From: Candidatus Omnitrophota bacterium
GTDB lineage: Bacteria > Omnitrophota > Omnitrophia > Omnitrophales > Aquincolibacteriaceae
Reading direction: 5' to 3'
Assembly: GCA_022705945.1 (NCBI GenBank)
Contig: JAKJDL010000001.1
Span: 53,047-117,046 of the forward strand
DNA: 64,000 nucleotides
The stretch's first letter is position 1. Every line of letters begins with the position of its first letter. Shown here in pieces: positions 17,654 to 28,397 of the stretch. Below the pieces are notes generated by a model. That model was not told the DNA's origin, did no database searches, and was given only the letters and a program-made list of their open reading frames with translations. The translations under genes and the position numbers were made by a program.

Positions 17654-18504
17654 GGTTTTTTCCTTTTGACCGCGATCCTGTCAAACTGAAGATCCATATA
17701 TTCGACATTTTCCCGGGGCTCGGTCTTGAAAAGATACATCGCCCTGGAAAGCATGGAAAACTTTTCGGACGGACGCCGACCAAGCTGAAAATCGGGGCCC
17801 TCGCCCAGGCGGACCGCAACATTTCCGTAAGCATCCAGGGAAATCTTCGTGACTTTTTCTTTTTTTGACAAATCATGACTTTCGAACTCCCGAAGGAACT
17901 TGAGGGCTTCCGGAAATCCTTTGTTCTGAATGCGATTCCCGATTCTGGGCTCCCCTGCCGGTTCCGAAAAGGATTCGATCAAAACCCATGCCGGCTCAAA
18001 CGTCGGGCTTGTCGCAATGATCATTCCGTCGTCTGCCGCGACACCGTAGGGGCCTCCGGGTCTTAAAAGAATATTGGCCGCAGGTTTTCGCTTTTTGATC
18101 TCGATCCTGATTGTTGAGGGCATTTCGCGGATCACGCGAACGCTTTCGGCTCCCGGCCCCAACTTGATCTGGGACGCCACCTTGCCCAGGTCAATCTTGA
18201 GGATATTCTTTCCGATCACCCTGTCTTCAATGATCCTGATCCCCCGGGGATCCAGAACATCCGCCGGTACCACACGAACCTCCGAAACCTTCAAGAAAGC
18301 ATCGGCATACAGGACCTTGAAGATACCGAAGGCACCAAACAGAAACGCCGATACGACAAGCGCCGCCGGAAGAAGCTTAAAAGTAGCGCTCATCAAAAAT
18401 GAGGCAATCGCGCCCCAAAAACCGAAAAATCCGCCCTTTCTTCTTTTTTTGTTTTTATTTTTCCTTTTTCCCATAATGAACCAGTTCCATTTTTTTAGGT
18501 TCAA
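17650..18504 (-). CDS. ftsQ: Cell division protein FtsQ/DivIB (single TM plus POTRA-like domain)
   Basis: It has a basic N-terminus, one TM helix (FFGFWGAIASFLMSATFKLLPAALVVSAFLF) and a periplasmic domain, and sits between ddl and ftsA. The start is uncertain because of a 50-nt overlap with ddl. Confidence 0.6.
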   Translation of the reverse strand: MNLKKWNWFIMGKRKNKNKKRRKGGFFGFWGAIASFLMSATFKLLPAALVVSAFLFGAFGIFKVLYADAFLKVSEVRVVPADVLDPRGIRIIEDRVIGKNILKIDLGKVASQIKLGPGAESVRVIREMPSTIRIEIKKRKPAANILLRPGGPYGVAADDGMIIATSPTFEPAWVLIESFSEPAGEPRIGNRIQNKGFPEALKFLREFESHDLSKKEKVTKISLDAYGNVAVRLGEGPDFQLGRRPSEKFSMLSRAMYLFKTEPRENVEYMDLQFDRIAVKRKKP

Positions 18505-19438
18505 CTGCCGCCCTGAGTAACCGGAGACAAAGTTCCTCGAAACTGATACCGATCACGCGGGCAGCCTTCGGCAGCAAACTGAATTCGGTCAAACCGGGGA
18601 TGCTGTTAACCTCAAGCGCGAACGGCCGCTCGTTCCTGTCCAGCATGAAATCAACCCGGGCAAATCCGGACAGCCCGAGCCCGCGAAAGGCCTTCCATGC
18701 CAGTTTCCGGATCTTCCCGGAAACCTTTCTCGGGATTTTCGCAGGAACAATGTATTCCGTCATGCCCTTCGTATATTTTGCCTTGTAATCGTAAAACGAC
18801 CGTTTGGGTCTAACTTCGATTACAGGCAACCGGCAATCTCCGAGGATTCCGGCCGTCAATTCCCGCCCGATGATTTTTTTTTCGATCAAAAGCCGCTTAT
18901 GGCGCAGAAGCGACCGCCTTATTTTTTCGGCGGATTTTTTAAAATCTTCAACAAGGAAAATTCCCTGGCTCGATCCGCCGTCGAGCGGTTTCACAAAATA
19001 CGGCACGGGAAACCGGGAACACTGAAGCCGCCAATCAGCCGGCTTGATGACCGTATATGCCGGAGTCGGAATTTTCAGACGCTCCAGATGACGTTTCGTG
19101 ATCAGTTTGTCAAAACTGCGGCGACAGGCTTCGGAACCCGAAGCCGTAAAGGGGATTCCCCGGCGTTCCAGCCATGCCTGGAGGCATCCGTCCTCCCCGC
19201 CTTTACCGTGCAATGCCAGAAAAAGAAGATCAGCTCTCCGAATCTGCTCGATGAATTTGGACCGCCTGGCAGGATCAATCCTGATTGCGTGAATTCCGGA
19301 TCGCTTCAAAGCCCCGAGCACCGCACGCCCCGACCGTAGTGAAATGGACCGTTCCGGGGAAGTTCCGCCGCAAACAACCCCGACCGTCAAACCTCGCAGA
19401 AATGAATATTCCGGATTTGAAATTAATGAATCCCGCAT
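18455..19438 (-). CDS. ddl: D-alanine--D-alanine ligase
   Basis: ATP-grasp motifs are present (VFLALHGKGGEDGCLQAWLE, FVKPLDGGSSQGIFLV, ARVDFMLDRNERPFALEVNSIPG). Confidence 0.85.
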   Translation of the reverse strand: MRDSLISNPEYSFLRGLTVGVVCGGTSPERSISLRSGRAVLGALKRSGIHAIRIDPARRSKFIEQIRRADLLFLALHGKGGEDGCLQAWLERRGIPFTASGSEACRRSFDKLITKRHLERLKIPTPAYTVIKPADWRLQCSRFPVPYFVKPLDGGSSQGIFLVEDFKKSAEKIRRSLLRHKRLLIEKKIIGRELTAGILGDCRLPVIEVRPKRSFYDYKAKYTKGMTEYIVPAKIPRKVSGKIRKLAWKAFRGLGLSGFARVDFMLDRNERPFALEVNSIPGLTEFSLLPKAARVIGISFEELCLRLLRAAVEPKKMELVHYGKKEK

Positions 19439-19474
19439 GAAGACACTTTCCGGACCCGGGTCACATTCAAACCG

Positions 19475-20866
19475 CTACCGGGTCCCGATACTGGCAACGT
19501 AATCGTTTGCCAAATCGCCGATATCCCCCGCTCCCATGAAAACCATAACCCCATCGACCAGCGGGTGGTCCGAAAGGTAGGCGATAAGTCGGTCTTTATG
19601 AACGATCCTCACATTGGAGTGACCCGCCGCCGCAACTTCGTCGGCAATCCACTCCACACCGACGGAATGGGGATTATCTTCACCCGCACCATAAATGTCC
19701 GTCAAAAGAACTTCATGAGCATCATCGAAGGCATGGGCAAAATCACGGTAGAGGTGCTCGGTGCGGCTAAAACGGTGCGGCTGGAAAATAACGCGAACAT
19801 ATTTACCGGTCTCACGAAGCGCTTTCAGAACCGCTTTGACTTCCGTCGGGTGGTGGGCATAATCGTCCAGCACAATAAACTGGGACGACTGCCACTTGAC
19901 CTCCATGCGTCTTTTGGTCCCCTTAAATTCCCAAAGGGCATCACAAACCTGATCAAGATCGAATCCCATCTGGGAAAGCAGGCTGATCGCGGCAAGGCTG
20001 TTCGAAACATTATGTCTCCCCGGCACTGAGAGCTGAACGGTGCGTGAAAAGAAACCGGCTTCAAAAAGATCATATTCCGAGCCGAAAGGAAGAGGCCTGA
20101 TATTGCGGGAAGAGAAATCACAGTCTTCCGTGAACCCAAAACTCGCGGCGGGCTTGCCGCTTTCCCTGACAATCCGGGTCAGAACGGAATCATTCCCAAA
20201 ATAGGAAACAAATCCCGGATGATGAAGCTGGGCAAGGAACCTGCGGAACGAATTCTGGAGATTTTCCCAGCTCTGATAATGGTCGAGATGCTCGGGTTCG
20301 AGATTGGTGATCACCGCATAATGCGGCGCGTAGAATTCATGCGAACTATCGCTTTCATCAACTTCCGAGACCCAGTATTTGCGCCCGCCCGCAACAATAT
20401 TGGTTCCGAAATTGATCATATCACTTCCGACAAAACAGGTCGGATCGGCCCCAAGGCGGGAAAGCACAAAAGACAACATCCCGCTTGTTGTGGTTTTCCC
20501 GTGAGTCCCGAGCACCGCAAGCGCCGTGTCCGCGTGATTCATCAGGGACGCGAGCACTTCGGCCCGGTGATAGACTTTCCGCCCAAGCCTGCGTGCCTCC
20601 GCAAGCTCCAGGTGGTCGTTGCGGATGGCGGAAGAATAAATAACCAGGTCCGCAGAACCAACATGGGCCTCCCTTTGTCCGATACTGACCCGAATCCCGT
20701 CATGTAGAAGACTTCGGGTCACGCGGGATTCCTTGTAGTCCGATCCGCTGACGGAAAGACCCAAATGCTTCAGTATCCGGGCGAGTCCGCTCATCCCGGA
20801 GCCGCCAATCCCGATCAAATACGCCTCACGGCAATCCTTAACAAGGTCTTCTTTTATGATCTTCAT
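19475..20866 (-). CDS. murC: UDP-N-acetylmuramate--L-alanine ligase
   Basis: YLIGIGGSGMSGLARIL and AVLGTHGKTTTSGM are Mur ligase motifs, in the canonical position. Confidence 0.9.
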   Translation of the reverse strand: MKIIKEDLVKDCREAYLIGIGGSGMSGLARILKHLGLSVSGSDYKESRVTRSLLHDGIRVSIGQREAHVGSADLVIYSSAIRNDHLELAEARRLGRKVYHRAEVLASLMNHADTALAVLGTHGKTTTSGMLSFVLSRLGADPTCFVGSDMINFGTNIVAGGRKYWVSEVDESDSSHEFYAPHYAVITNLEPEHLDHYQSWENLQNSFRRFLAQLHHPGFVSYFGNDSVLTRIVRESGKPAASFGFTEDCDFSSRNIRPLPFGSEYDLFEAGFFSRTVQLSVPGRHNVSNSLAAISLLSQMGFDLDQVCDALWEFKGTKRRMEVKWQSSQFIVLDDYAHHPTEVKAVLKALRETGKYVRVIFQPHRFSRTEHLYRDFAHAFDDAHEVLLTDIYGAGEDNPHSVGVEWIADEVAAAGHSNVRIVHKDRLIAYLSDHPLVDGVMVFMGAGDIGDLANDYVASIGTR

Positions 20867-21986
20867 GTTCGGTTATCAGCTCCCTTGCGATCCTGACCAA
20901 TTCGTTGCCTGCGTCCGGTCTGGCGAGTTCTTTTATCGCCAACGCCATTCGGTCTAAATTCAAACTTCCGTTTATCGCCCCGCGAAGTTTCCGGGTAAGC
21001 CATTCCGGAGCTTCCTTATCTTCGTCGTGGTAGTCCAGCCCTCCCCGTTCCGCGAACGACCGGGCGTTAAGTTTCTGATGTCCTCCCGCGTGGGGAAACG
21101 GAATTACAAACGCCGGAATACCGTAAAAAGCCAACTCAAAAAGCGTATTCGCACCGGCACGCGTTACCGCAAGATCCGTATTCATGAAAAGAGTCGGCAT
21201 GTCACGGGAAAAAGAAAGAACATTGAACGTCAAACCCATCCGGCAGTAACATTCTCCCACTTCCGCCTGATCCTTCGACCCGGTAATGTGAGTAACGGCA
21301 ATTTTGGATTTTTCTTCAGGATTCAGAGCCTCCAGAGCCCTTATGACCGCCCGGTTCAAACCGTGAGCGCCCTGCGAACCGCCCATGACCAGGATCCTCA
21401 ATTTTTCCGAGCGCATCCGGGCCGCTCCGGATCCGGTGAGAACGGATTCGCGAAGAGGCAATCCGACCGTTCTGACATTTCGACAGCCCTCCGGAAACCC
21501 CGTCCCCGGAAAGCTTTCGGCAATTTGATCGGCATGCGGAACGAGCCATCGGGTCGCTTTTCCGGCATAACGGTTCTGCTCATGAATCAATACCGGTATC
21601 CCCATCCATTTCGCGGTCCTCACACCCGGATAAGAAACAAAACTCCCGAATCCCACGCAAAGCGCCGGTTTCAGCTTTGACAAATGCCGCCACGATTTAA
21701 AAAAAAGATACGGCATCAAAAAAAGAGGTTTTAACATCGCCATTGAAACCACTTTTTGAGGAAGACCAAAATCAGGAAGATAACGGATCTTATCGAAAAG
21801 CCCGGCGGGAAAACCTCCCGCCAATTTTCCGGCGCGACCGCTCGTCACAAGCTCGACATGGCTTTGCGGATATACTTTGCGAAAGGATTCCGTGAACGCC
21901 TGGGCCGGAAAAAGGTGCCCGCCTGTCGGCCCGGCATAGACCGCGACCCGCAGATCTTTGCGCCCGGAAACAAAAAGACCCGGCAT
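20838..21986 (-). CDS. murG: UDP-N-acetylglucosamine--N-acetylmuramyl-(pentapeptide) pyrophosphoryl-undecaprenol N-acetylglucosamine transferase
   Basis: It has a GT28 fold (GGTGGHLFPA, VMGGSQGA) and sits between ftsW and murC. Confidence 0.85.
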   Translation of the reverse strand: MPGLFVSGRKDLRVAVYAGPTGGHLFPAQAFTESFRKVYPQSHVELVTSGRAGKLAGGFPAGLFDKIRYLPDFGLPQKVVSMAMLKPLFLMPYLFFKSWRHLSKLKPALCVGFGSFVSYPGVRTAKWMGIPVLIHEQNRYAGKATRWLVPHADQIAESFPGTGFPEGCRNVRTVGLPLRESVLTGSGAARMRSEKLRILVMGGSQGAHGLNRAVIRALEALNPEEKSKIAVTHITGSKDQAEVGECYCRMGLTFNVLSFSRDMPTLFMNTDLAVTRAGANTLFELAFYGIPAFVIPFPHAGGHQKLNARSFAERGGLDYHDEDKEAPEWLTRKLRGAINGSLNLDRMALAIKELARPDAGNELVRIARELITEHEDHKRRPC

Positions 21987-21987
21987 A

Positions 21988-23085
21988 TCAGCTACGACCG
22001 CGGCGACGGCGACCCACGGCCATCAAAATACCGACTGTGACAAGGTTCACGACGATAGAACTTCCTCCGTAGCTTATAAAGGGAAGCGGCAGTCCCTTGG
22101 TCGGCACCAACCCCGTCGCAACCATCATGTGAATCACCGTCTGGAGGATGATCAGGAGCATAAGCCCGGTGATCAAAAGTTTTTCAAACGGCTGATCGGT
22201 CTTCCTGGCCATCCGGATGCAGCAGAAAAAGAAAACCAGATAAAGACCGATCACAAACATCACCCCGACCAATCCGAGTTCCTCGGCAATCACGGCCAGG
22301 ATGAAATCATTATGACTCGAAGGTAAATAAAAAAGCTTTTGGGTGCTTTCTCCGAGCCCTACCCCACGGAATCCTCCGAGGGCAAACGCCAGAAACGACT
22401 GGATGATCTGAAATCCGGAGCCATAGGGATCCTGCCAGGGATTCAGATAAGCCTGGAGACGGCTGATGCGGTAGGGTTTCATCAGGATCAGAATGTAGAG
22501 TATGAAAGCCAGGCCGGCCCCGACCCCGATAACATAGCGCAAACGAATCCCGGCAACAAAAAAAACAATGACTGTCAGAAGAACCATCAGCACTGTCGAT
22601 CCGAGATCCGGCTCCAGGATCGTCAGGAGACACAGAATCCCGACGATGATGAGCGGCGGGATATAGATCGCCACCCCGCCCTTACGCACTATCGCGATCT
22701 TGCGGGACAAATAATCCGCGAGATAGATACAGCAGGCAAGCTTCGCGTATTCCACCGGCTGGAACTGAAACCCCGCCACCGAGATCCACCGGCGGGCTCC
22801 GCCGGCAGAACGGCCGATGACCGGAAGATAAACCACTAAAAGAAGCAGGATTGCCAGGAGTATCAGGGCCCGCGAGTTGTTTTTATAAAACTTGAGCGGA
22901 AGAGATGCCGCTATGAAAAACCCTACCGTCCCGAGAAGGACATAGAGGACTTGTCTTGTCAAAAAATACTGCGCATTATGATACCAGTCGTTGGCAAGAA
23001 CGGCGCTCGAGCTGTAGATCATGACAATACCGATGCCGACCAGAACGTAGGTCACGACAAACAACAGGCGCGCTTCTTTTGACAT
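21988..23085 (-). CDS. ftsW: SEDS-family peptidoglycan glycosyltransferase FtsW
   Basis: It is a 10-TM SEDS protein (MIYSSSAV...GYQIIQSFLAFALGGFRGVGLGES) in the dcw position. Confidence 0.85.
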   Translation of the reverse strand: MSKEARLLFVVTYVLVGIGIVMIYSSSAVLANDWYHNAQYFLTRQVLYVLLGTVGFFIAASLPLKFYKNNSRALILLAILLLLVVYLPVIGRSAGGARRWISVAGFQFQPVEYAKLACCIYLADYLSRKIAIVRKGGVAIYIPPLIIVGILCLLTILEPDLGSTVLMVLLTVIVFFVAGIRLRYVIGVGAGLAFILYILILMKPYRISRLQAYLNPWQDPYGSGFQIIQSFLAFALGGFRGVGLGESTQKLFYLPSSHNDFILAVIAEELGLVGVMFVIGLYLVFFFCCIRMARKTDQPFEKLLITGLMLLIILQTVIHMMVATGLVPTKGLPLPFISYGGSSIVVNLVTVGILMAVGRRRRGRS

Positions 23086-23086
23086 A

Positions 23087-24379
23087 TCAGTGCCCGCTCC
23101 CCCGGACCCGGCATGCCGGTTCGGTCTTTAATTTCGAAAGTATTGTTTCCTTGAACACACGGCCCCGCTCCCGGTAATCCTTGAACATGTCAAAGCTTGA
23201 ACACGCGGGCGAAAGGATCACCGTGTCTCCCGCCCGGCATTTTTCAAGAGATAACCGGCAGGCTTCCTCAAGATCGCCTGCATCCAAAATCTCCGTGGCT
23301 CCTTGCCACGCCGCTTTAATGACGGGCCTCGCCGATCCGATCAAAATGGCGCACCGGACCGTACGGGAAACGATCTCCCGCAAAGCTTCAAAATCCTTGA
23401 TATCCGTCTTGAGCTTTCCGCCGCAAACAAGCACGACCTTGCGGTCCGGATATTTCTCCAAAGCCCATGCCAGGGACGCTGTGGTTGTGGCTTTCGAGTC
23501 ATTAATAAAATCAACTCCGTCTTTGTGGGCGAATTTTTCGAGCCGGTGCTCAATCCCGCCAAACTCATCGATGACTTTCCGCGCAAGGTCTCCGGAGCAA
23601 TCGAGCGCTTCAGCCACGCACAAGAGCGCGGCTTCGTTCGGATTGGGCGCCGGCCTTTGATCAAAATAGACCCGTCTCGCGTACGTTCGAAAACCGGGAA
23701 AGAACCGGGCCTCATCCGCCTTGCGGCAAATCATGAGACCGGACGGGCCCATTGCGCGGAACAAATTCAGTTTCGCTCCGGCATACTCATGCATGTCGGC
23801 ATGCCAATCCATGTGATTAGGATAAATATTCAGAAGAAGACCTATATCCGGGACAAAAGATACGCAATGCATGAGCTGGAATGAACTCAATTCCAGGACC
23901 ACAACGGTCTCAGGCCCGATGCGGGACAGTTCGCCGATCCATGGATTCCCGATATTACCGCAGAGAACCGCCCGGCGTCCGCCGGCGTCAAGCAGACGCG
24001 CGATCAATGTTGCCGTCGTGGTCTTGCCGCAAGAGCCCGTCACCGCCACTATGCACCCGGAACGGTTAAACCAGCTTGCCACTTCGATCTCGCTATAGAC
24101 AGGTTTGCCGGCCGCGCGGATTTCCTGATAGATTTCGCATGAAGGCGGAATCCCCGGAGAAACAAGAACCCAGTCCTGATTAAAGATTTTTTCGCGCGTA
24201 TGCCGTCCGCATTCAGCTTCGATCCCCTGATCCCGGAGGGATTCAACATTGCTCAGGATATCCCGGGCAGAAGAGTTATCAGAGGCAAAAACTTGATAGC
24301 CCCGGCCGGCCAGAAACAGGGCGCTGCGATATCCCGTATCTCTTAAACCAAGAACGGCGACTTTTTTCCGGGTTTCCAT
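23087..24379 (-). CDS. murD: UDP-N-acetylmuramoylalanine--D-glutamate ligase
   Basis: VAVTGSCGKTTTATLIARLL is a Mur ligase motif. It sits between mraY and ftsW. Confidence 0.85.
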   Translation of the reverse strand: METRKKVAVLGLRDTGYRSALFLAGRGYQVFASDNSSARDILSNVESLRDQGIEAECGRHTREKIFNQDWVLVSPGIPPSCEIYQEIRAAGKPVYSEIEVASWFNRSGCIVAVTGSCGKTTTATLIARLLDAGGRRAVLCGNIGNPWIGELSRIGPETVVVLELSSFQLMHCVSFVPDIGLLLNIYPNHMDWHADMHEYAGAKLNLFRAMGPSGLMICRKADEARFFPGFRTYARRVYFDQRPAPNPNEAALLCVAEALDCSGDLARKVIDEFGGIEHRLEKFAHKDGVDFINDSKATTTASLAWALEKYPDRKVVLVCGGKLKTDIKDFEALREIVSRTVRCAILIGSARPVIKAAWQGATEILDAGDLEEACRLSLEKCRAGDTVILSPACSSFDMFKDYRERGRVFKETILSKLKTEPACRVRGSGH

Positions 24380-24382
24380 GGC

Positions 24383-25468
24383 TTAGCGAACCTTAAGCGT
24401 GCTGAGACCGATGACAGCGAGAATAAACGCGATGATCCAAAGACGGACCGTGATCTTGGACTCGGGCCATCCCATCCTTTGAAGATGGTGATGGAAAGGA
24501 GACATGAGAAAGATCCGCCTGTGCGTCAATTTATAACTGACCACCTGGAGGATCACGCTGAGAGCTTCCCACACAAACACTCCGCCTATAATCACAAGCA
24601 CAAGCTCTTTCTTAACAAGCACGGCGATCGTCCCGAGCGCGCCTCCGATTGAGAGAGAGCCGGTATCGCCCATAAACACCTCGGCGGGATAAGAATTGAA
24701 CCAGAGGAATCCGGCGCTCGCTCCCGCCAGCGCCGCGCAAAAAACGGTCAGTTCGCCCGCTTCCGGCAAATACTGGATCTGGAGATAGGCCGCGAAATCC
24801 ACGTGACCCGCCACATAGGTGATCACCGCGAAAGCGGTCGTCGTGAACATGGTGCATCCGATCGCGAGGCCGTCAAGACCGTCGGTAAGATTCAATGCGT
24901 TCGAAGATCCGGCAAGCACCAGGATCACAAAGGGAATGAAAAAAATCCCGAGATGGAGAACCGCTTTTTTAAGCGTCGGAACATACAGCCATTTGCTGAA
25001 ACCCGGGTCCATATAAAGATAGATCCCGATCGCAAGCCCCATAAGCACCTGACCGAGAAACTTCGTGAGAGAACTGAGCCCGCTCGCGTTCCCCTGCCTC
25101 ATCTTCAGCCAATCATCCAGGAAACCCACGAACCCGAACCATAGCGTTACGACAAGCATGAGCCAGATAAAACGGTTCGTCAGATTCCCCCACAAGAGAA
25201 CCGCGCTGACCACACTCGCCACAATGAGTACACCGCCCATCATCGGTGTGTTTTTTTTGTCCTTGTAAAACTCATGGATGGATTCGGCATGCGCCCGCCG
25301 CTGGTCCGTCACGGCATTAAGACGTTTCAACCAGGCAATGCAGGCCGGCCCAAGCCAGAGGCAGATCAGGAATGCAGTAATGCTCGCTCCCGCGGAGCGG
25401 AACGTGATATAACGAAAAAGATTGAAAACGATGGAGCTGTCTGTCAGGTAATGAAGGAAATAAAACAT
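24383..25468 (-). CDS. mraY: Phospho-N-acetylmuramoyl-pentapeptide transferase
   Basis: It has MraY family motifs (NAVNLTDGLDGLAIG, FMGDTGSLSIGGALG). Confidence 0.9.
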   Translation of the reverse strand: MFYFLHYLTDSSIVFNLFRYITFRSAGASITAFLICLWLGPACIAWLKRLNAVTDQRRAHAESIHEFYKDKKNTPMMGGVLIVASVVSAVLLWGNLTNRFIWLMLVVTLWFGFVGFLDDWLKMRQGNASGLSSLTKFLGQVLMGLAIGIYLYMDPGFSKWLYVPTLKKAVLHLGIFFIPFVILVLAGSSNALNLTDGLDGLAIGCTMFTTTAFAVITYVAGHVDFAAYLQIQYLPEAGELTVFCAALAGASAGFLWFNSYPAEVFMGDTGSLSIGGALGTIAVLVKKELVLVIIGGVFVWEALSVILQVVSYKLTHRRIFLMSPFHHHLQRMGWPESKITVRLWIIAFILAVIGLSTLKVR

Positions 25469-25481
25469 GTTTTCTGATTTT

Positions 25482-27068
25482 TTACCGTGGCTGAAAAACG
25501 AGTTCTTTGATTTTTTCTAAAACTTTTTCGACGCGCATTCCCCGGGATGCCTTGAAAAGAACAAGATCCCCGGGACGCACCCTTTCTTTCAAATCAAGCG
25601 TGAGCGCTTCCGCGTCCGCATAATGCTCTGCCGTCATACCTTGCGGAGATATCGAACGAACGGCCTGAACAGCGACCCGTGAACGGACCCCAAACGCAAA
25701 AACACTATCAACACCGCTTCGCGCTATCATTTCACCAAGCTCGCGATGATAAAGCTCTTCGTCATCCCCCAGCTCTAGCATATCGGCAAAAACGATTATC
25801 TTTTTACCCGAAGCGGTGATCCTGCCGAACGTTTCAACCGCGCGGGCAAACGCCACCGGGCTCGCGTTATAACTGTCATCGATCACCCGGATACCGTTCG
25901 GCAACATTGTCTCATGAAATCTTCCCGGAACAAATGCCATATCGCTCCAATCGGAAGGAAGATCCTTGATCCGAATCCCCAGCTCAACGGCCATGGCGAT
26001 GGCCAAACCGGCGTTCAGGGAAAGGAAAGCCGCCTGACCGGGAAAAGAAAATACCTCGGAATCATTTATCTTAAAAACCACATGCCCATCCCGGGCCTCA
26101 ACTTGTGAAATCCTGTAATCGGCATTTTCGGATATCCCAACCTTGATAAATTTTCTTTTTTTCTTCGACAGCACATCCTGGAGATACAAGTCATGATCCG
26201 GAATCACCAGCGTCCCCTTCTCACCCAGATGATCAACCATCTCTGTTTTTGTCTGATAGATATTAGATACCGAACCGAACCCCGCAAGGTGCGCGGGCCC
26301 TATCGGCGTCAGAATCGCTCCTGTGGGGAGGACCAGGGAGGCAAGATGATCAATATCACCCGGACGGCTCGCGCCCATTTCAAACACCGCAAATTCATGA
26401 GACGGCTCCAGCCGCGAAATCATGATAGGCACTCCGAGATGATTATTGAGATTTCCTGACGTGGAGAGCACCGAACGGGAGCGGCCGAGGAGGTAGGCGA
26501 GAAACTCTTTCGTGGAAGTCTTCCCCACGCTTCCCGTGATCCCTATCGTTTTCACAGGGAGACCCGCACGATAATGCCGGGCAAGTCCGGTCATTGCGGC
26601 TTCGGGGTCTTTAACCGAAAGAAGGTTGCTGGGACGAACACCGTCGCGCCCCAAAAGCTGAAGTACATATTCTTTTTTCTTTCGGTCGATCAGAATCCCC
26701 GAAGCCCCCTTCCGGAAGGCAGCCGCCGCATATTCATGGCCGTCGGTGTGCTCTCCGGCGAGCGCTATAAAAAGATCGCCGGTTTGAAGGGTGCGGCTAT
26801 CGATCGAAAAAGCACGGATAGAGCAAGCCGGGTCCAAAAATTCAATGGGGGCGGCAAGCGCACGGCTCGCTTCAGGATAGGACAACACGGTTTTTACGCG
26901 AGAGACATGTTTCGACAACACCGCGGTCACTGAACGGGATTCTTGCGTCCCCGAGGATCTGGTAATCCTCATGCCCTTTCCCGAGAATAAAAACCGCATC
27001 TCCCGGTTTGGCGAGCGAAACCGCTTTTTCGATCGCCTCCGAACGGTCCATAATCTCATAGACGGCAA
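25482..27068 (-). CDS. murF: UDP-N-acetylmuramoyl-tripeptide--D-alanyl-D-alanine ligase (start uncertain)
   Basis: SIDSRTLQTGDLFIALAGEHTDGHEY and GITGSVGKTSTKEF are MurF motifs. The longest ORF overlaps murE by ~200 nt, so the true start is probably an internal or non-ATG codon around 26970-27000. Confidence 0.8.
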   Translation of the reverse strand: MPSMRLWTVRRRSKKRFRSPNREMRFLFSGKGMRITRSSGTQESRSVTAVLSKHVSRVKTVLSYPEASRALAAPIEFLDPACSIRAFSIDSRTLQTGDLFIALAGEHTDGHEYAAAAFRKGASGILIDRKKKEYVLQLLGRDGVRPSNLLSVKDPEAAMTGLARHYRAGLPVKTIGITGSVGKTSTKEFLAYLLGRSRSVLSTSGNLNNHLGVPIMISRLEPSHEFAVFEMGASRPGDIDHLASLVLPTGAILTPIGPAHLAGFGSVSNIYQTKTEMVDHLGEKGTLVIPDHDLYLQDVLSKKKRKFIKVGISENADYRISQVEARDGHVVFKINDSEVFSFPGQAAFLSLNAGLAIAMAVELGIRIKDLPSDWSDMAFVPGRFHETMLPNGIRVIDDSYNASPVAFARAVETFGRITASGKKIIVFADMLELGDDEELYHRELGEMIARSGVDSVFAFGVRSRVAVQAVRSISPQGMTAEHYADAEALTLDLKERVRPGDLVLFKASRGMRVEKVLEKIKELVFQPR

Positions 27069-28380
27069 GTCGGGACGTTAGCGGATGCGGAAGACCTTTG
27101 CGCATATCCATAAGGATTTCTTCGGGGCTCTCGGTGCGCGGATTATCACTGGTCAGGATAACCACATCGGAATATTTGCAGGCGCTTTGCGTCATAAGAG
27201 GCCTCTTGGTACTATCACGGTCTCCCCCGCACCCAAAAACCGTGATGATACGTCCCGGCTTCATTTCCCTGGCATCACTCAGAACTTTCTGGAAAGCATC
27301 CGGCGTATGAGCGTAATCCACAAAAACCGTAAAATCCGTCCCCTCCCCTACACGCTCCATCCGGCCCGGAATGGCGGGGATTTCTTCGAGCGTTCTCCGG
27401 AAATCCCCGATATCAAAACCTTTTCCGTCCGCCTGTCCCAAAAGATCAATCGCGGCGAGAACTGCTACCGCATTCGCCACATTGTATTTCATCGGGAGAC
27501 GGATCTGAAAAGGTACTTGCTTGCCGTTAAAACAAAAATCAAATCTTGACCCCTGCAGGGACATTGCGAGATTGCTCGCCGTATAGTCCGCCGCGCCGGA
27601 CAGGCTGAATATTTTTGCATCGGGAAACTCTTCGATCAAGCGCCGGCCGTATTCACAGTCTTTGTTTAGGAGTATCCGCCGGGGCACGGGCTGGTTCGCA
27701 AAAAAGGACCTTTTGGTCTGAAAGTAGTGTTCCATGCTCCCGTGATAATCAAGGTGATCCTGGGTCAACTGGGTGAAGATTCCGACCTCGAACTCAAGCC
27801 CGTGTATCCGCTTCTGGCTAATCGCATGCGACGAACATTCCATGACGCAATAGCGGACATCCTCTTTTGCCATTTCCGAAAGCATCGGGATCAGAACCTC
27901 AGGTCCCGGCGTTGTATTCACCGAAGTTTTCCGCCCCGAGGGAAGTTCATACCAAAGGGTGCCGAGATAGGCTGTTTTTACGTGTTCGCGCAGAAGCCGG
28001 TAGATAAGGTAAGCGGTCGTCGTTTTACCGTTAGTCCCGGTAACACCGATAAGCCTCACCTTCTGGTCGGGGCGGTCATAATAACGGTTTAAAAGTAGCG
28101 CAAGTGCCGCTCTCGAATCCGGCACCTTGACCCCCGTGACATGGGACGGGATCATGATATCGGGTTCATTTTCGTAGACCACCACGCCCGCTTTGTCATG
28201 CATGGCTTGCCCCAGAAAATCATGTCCGTCCATTCTCGTTCCCGGGCAAGCGACAAAAACATCCCCCGACCGGACATTGCGCGAGTCGGCCGTCACCTTG
28301 TTGAGATAACGCTTGGGATCCCAGTGGACCCGTTCAAGAACGGGCACATCACAAAAAATATCTTCTAGCCGTTTACGCAT
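26872..28380 (-). CDS. murE: UDP-N-acetylmuramoyl-L-alanyl-D-glutamate--2,6-diaminopimelate (or L-lysine) ligase
   Basis: TADSRNVRSGDVFVACPGTRMDGHDF and GVTGTNGKTTTAYL are Mur ligase motifs. Confidence 0.85.
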   Translation of the reverse strand: MRKRLEDIFCDVPVLERVHWDPKRYLNKVTADSRNVRSGDVFVACPGTRMDGHDFLGQAMHDKAGVVVYENEPDIMIPSHVTGVKVPDSRAALALLLNRYYDRPDQKVRLIGVTGTNGKTTTAYLIYRLLREHVKTAYLGTLWYELPSGRKTSVNTTPGPEVLIPMLSEMAKEDVRYCVMECSSHAISQKRIHGLEFEVGIFTQLTQDHLDYHGSMEHYFQTKRSFFANQPVPRRILLNKDCEYGRRLIEEFPDAKIFSLSGAADYTASNLAMSLQGSRFDFCFNGKQVPFQIRLPMKYNVANAVAVLAAIDLLGQADGKGFDIGDFRRTLEEIPAIPGRMERVGEGTDFTVFVDYAHTPDAFQKVLSDAREMKPGRIITVFGCGGDRDSTKRPLMTQSACKYSDVVILTSDNPRTESPEEILMDMRKGLPHPLTSRLAVYEIMDRSEAIEKAVSLAKPGDAVFILGKGHEDYQILGDARIPFSDRGVVETCLSRKNRVVLS

Positions 28381-28397
28381 GGATTTTTCTAATGCCG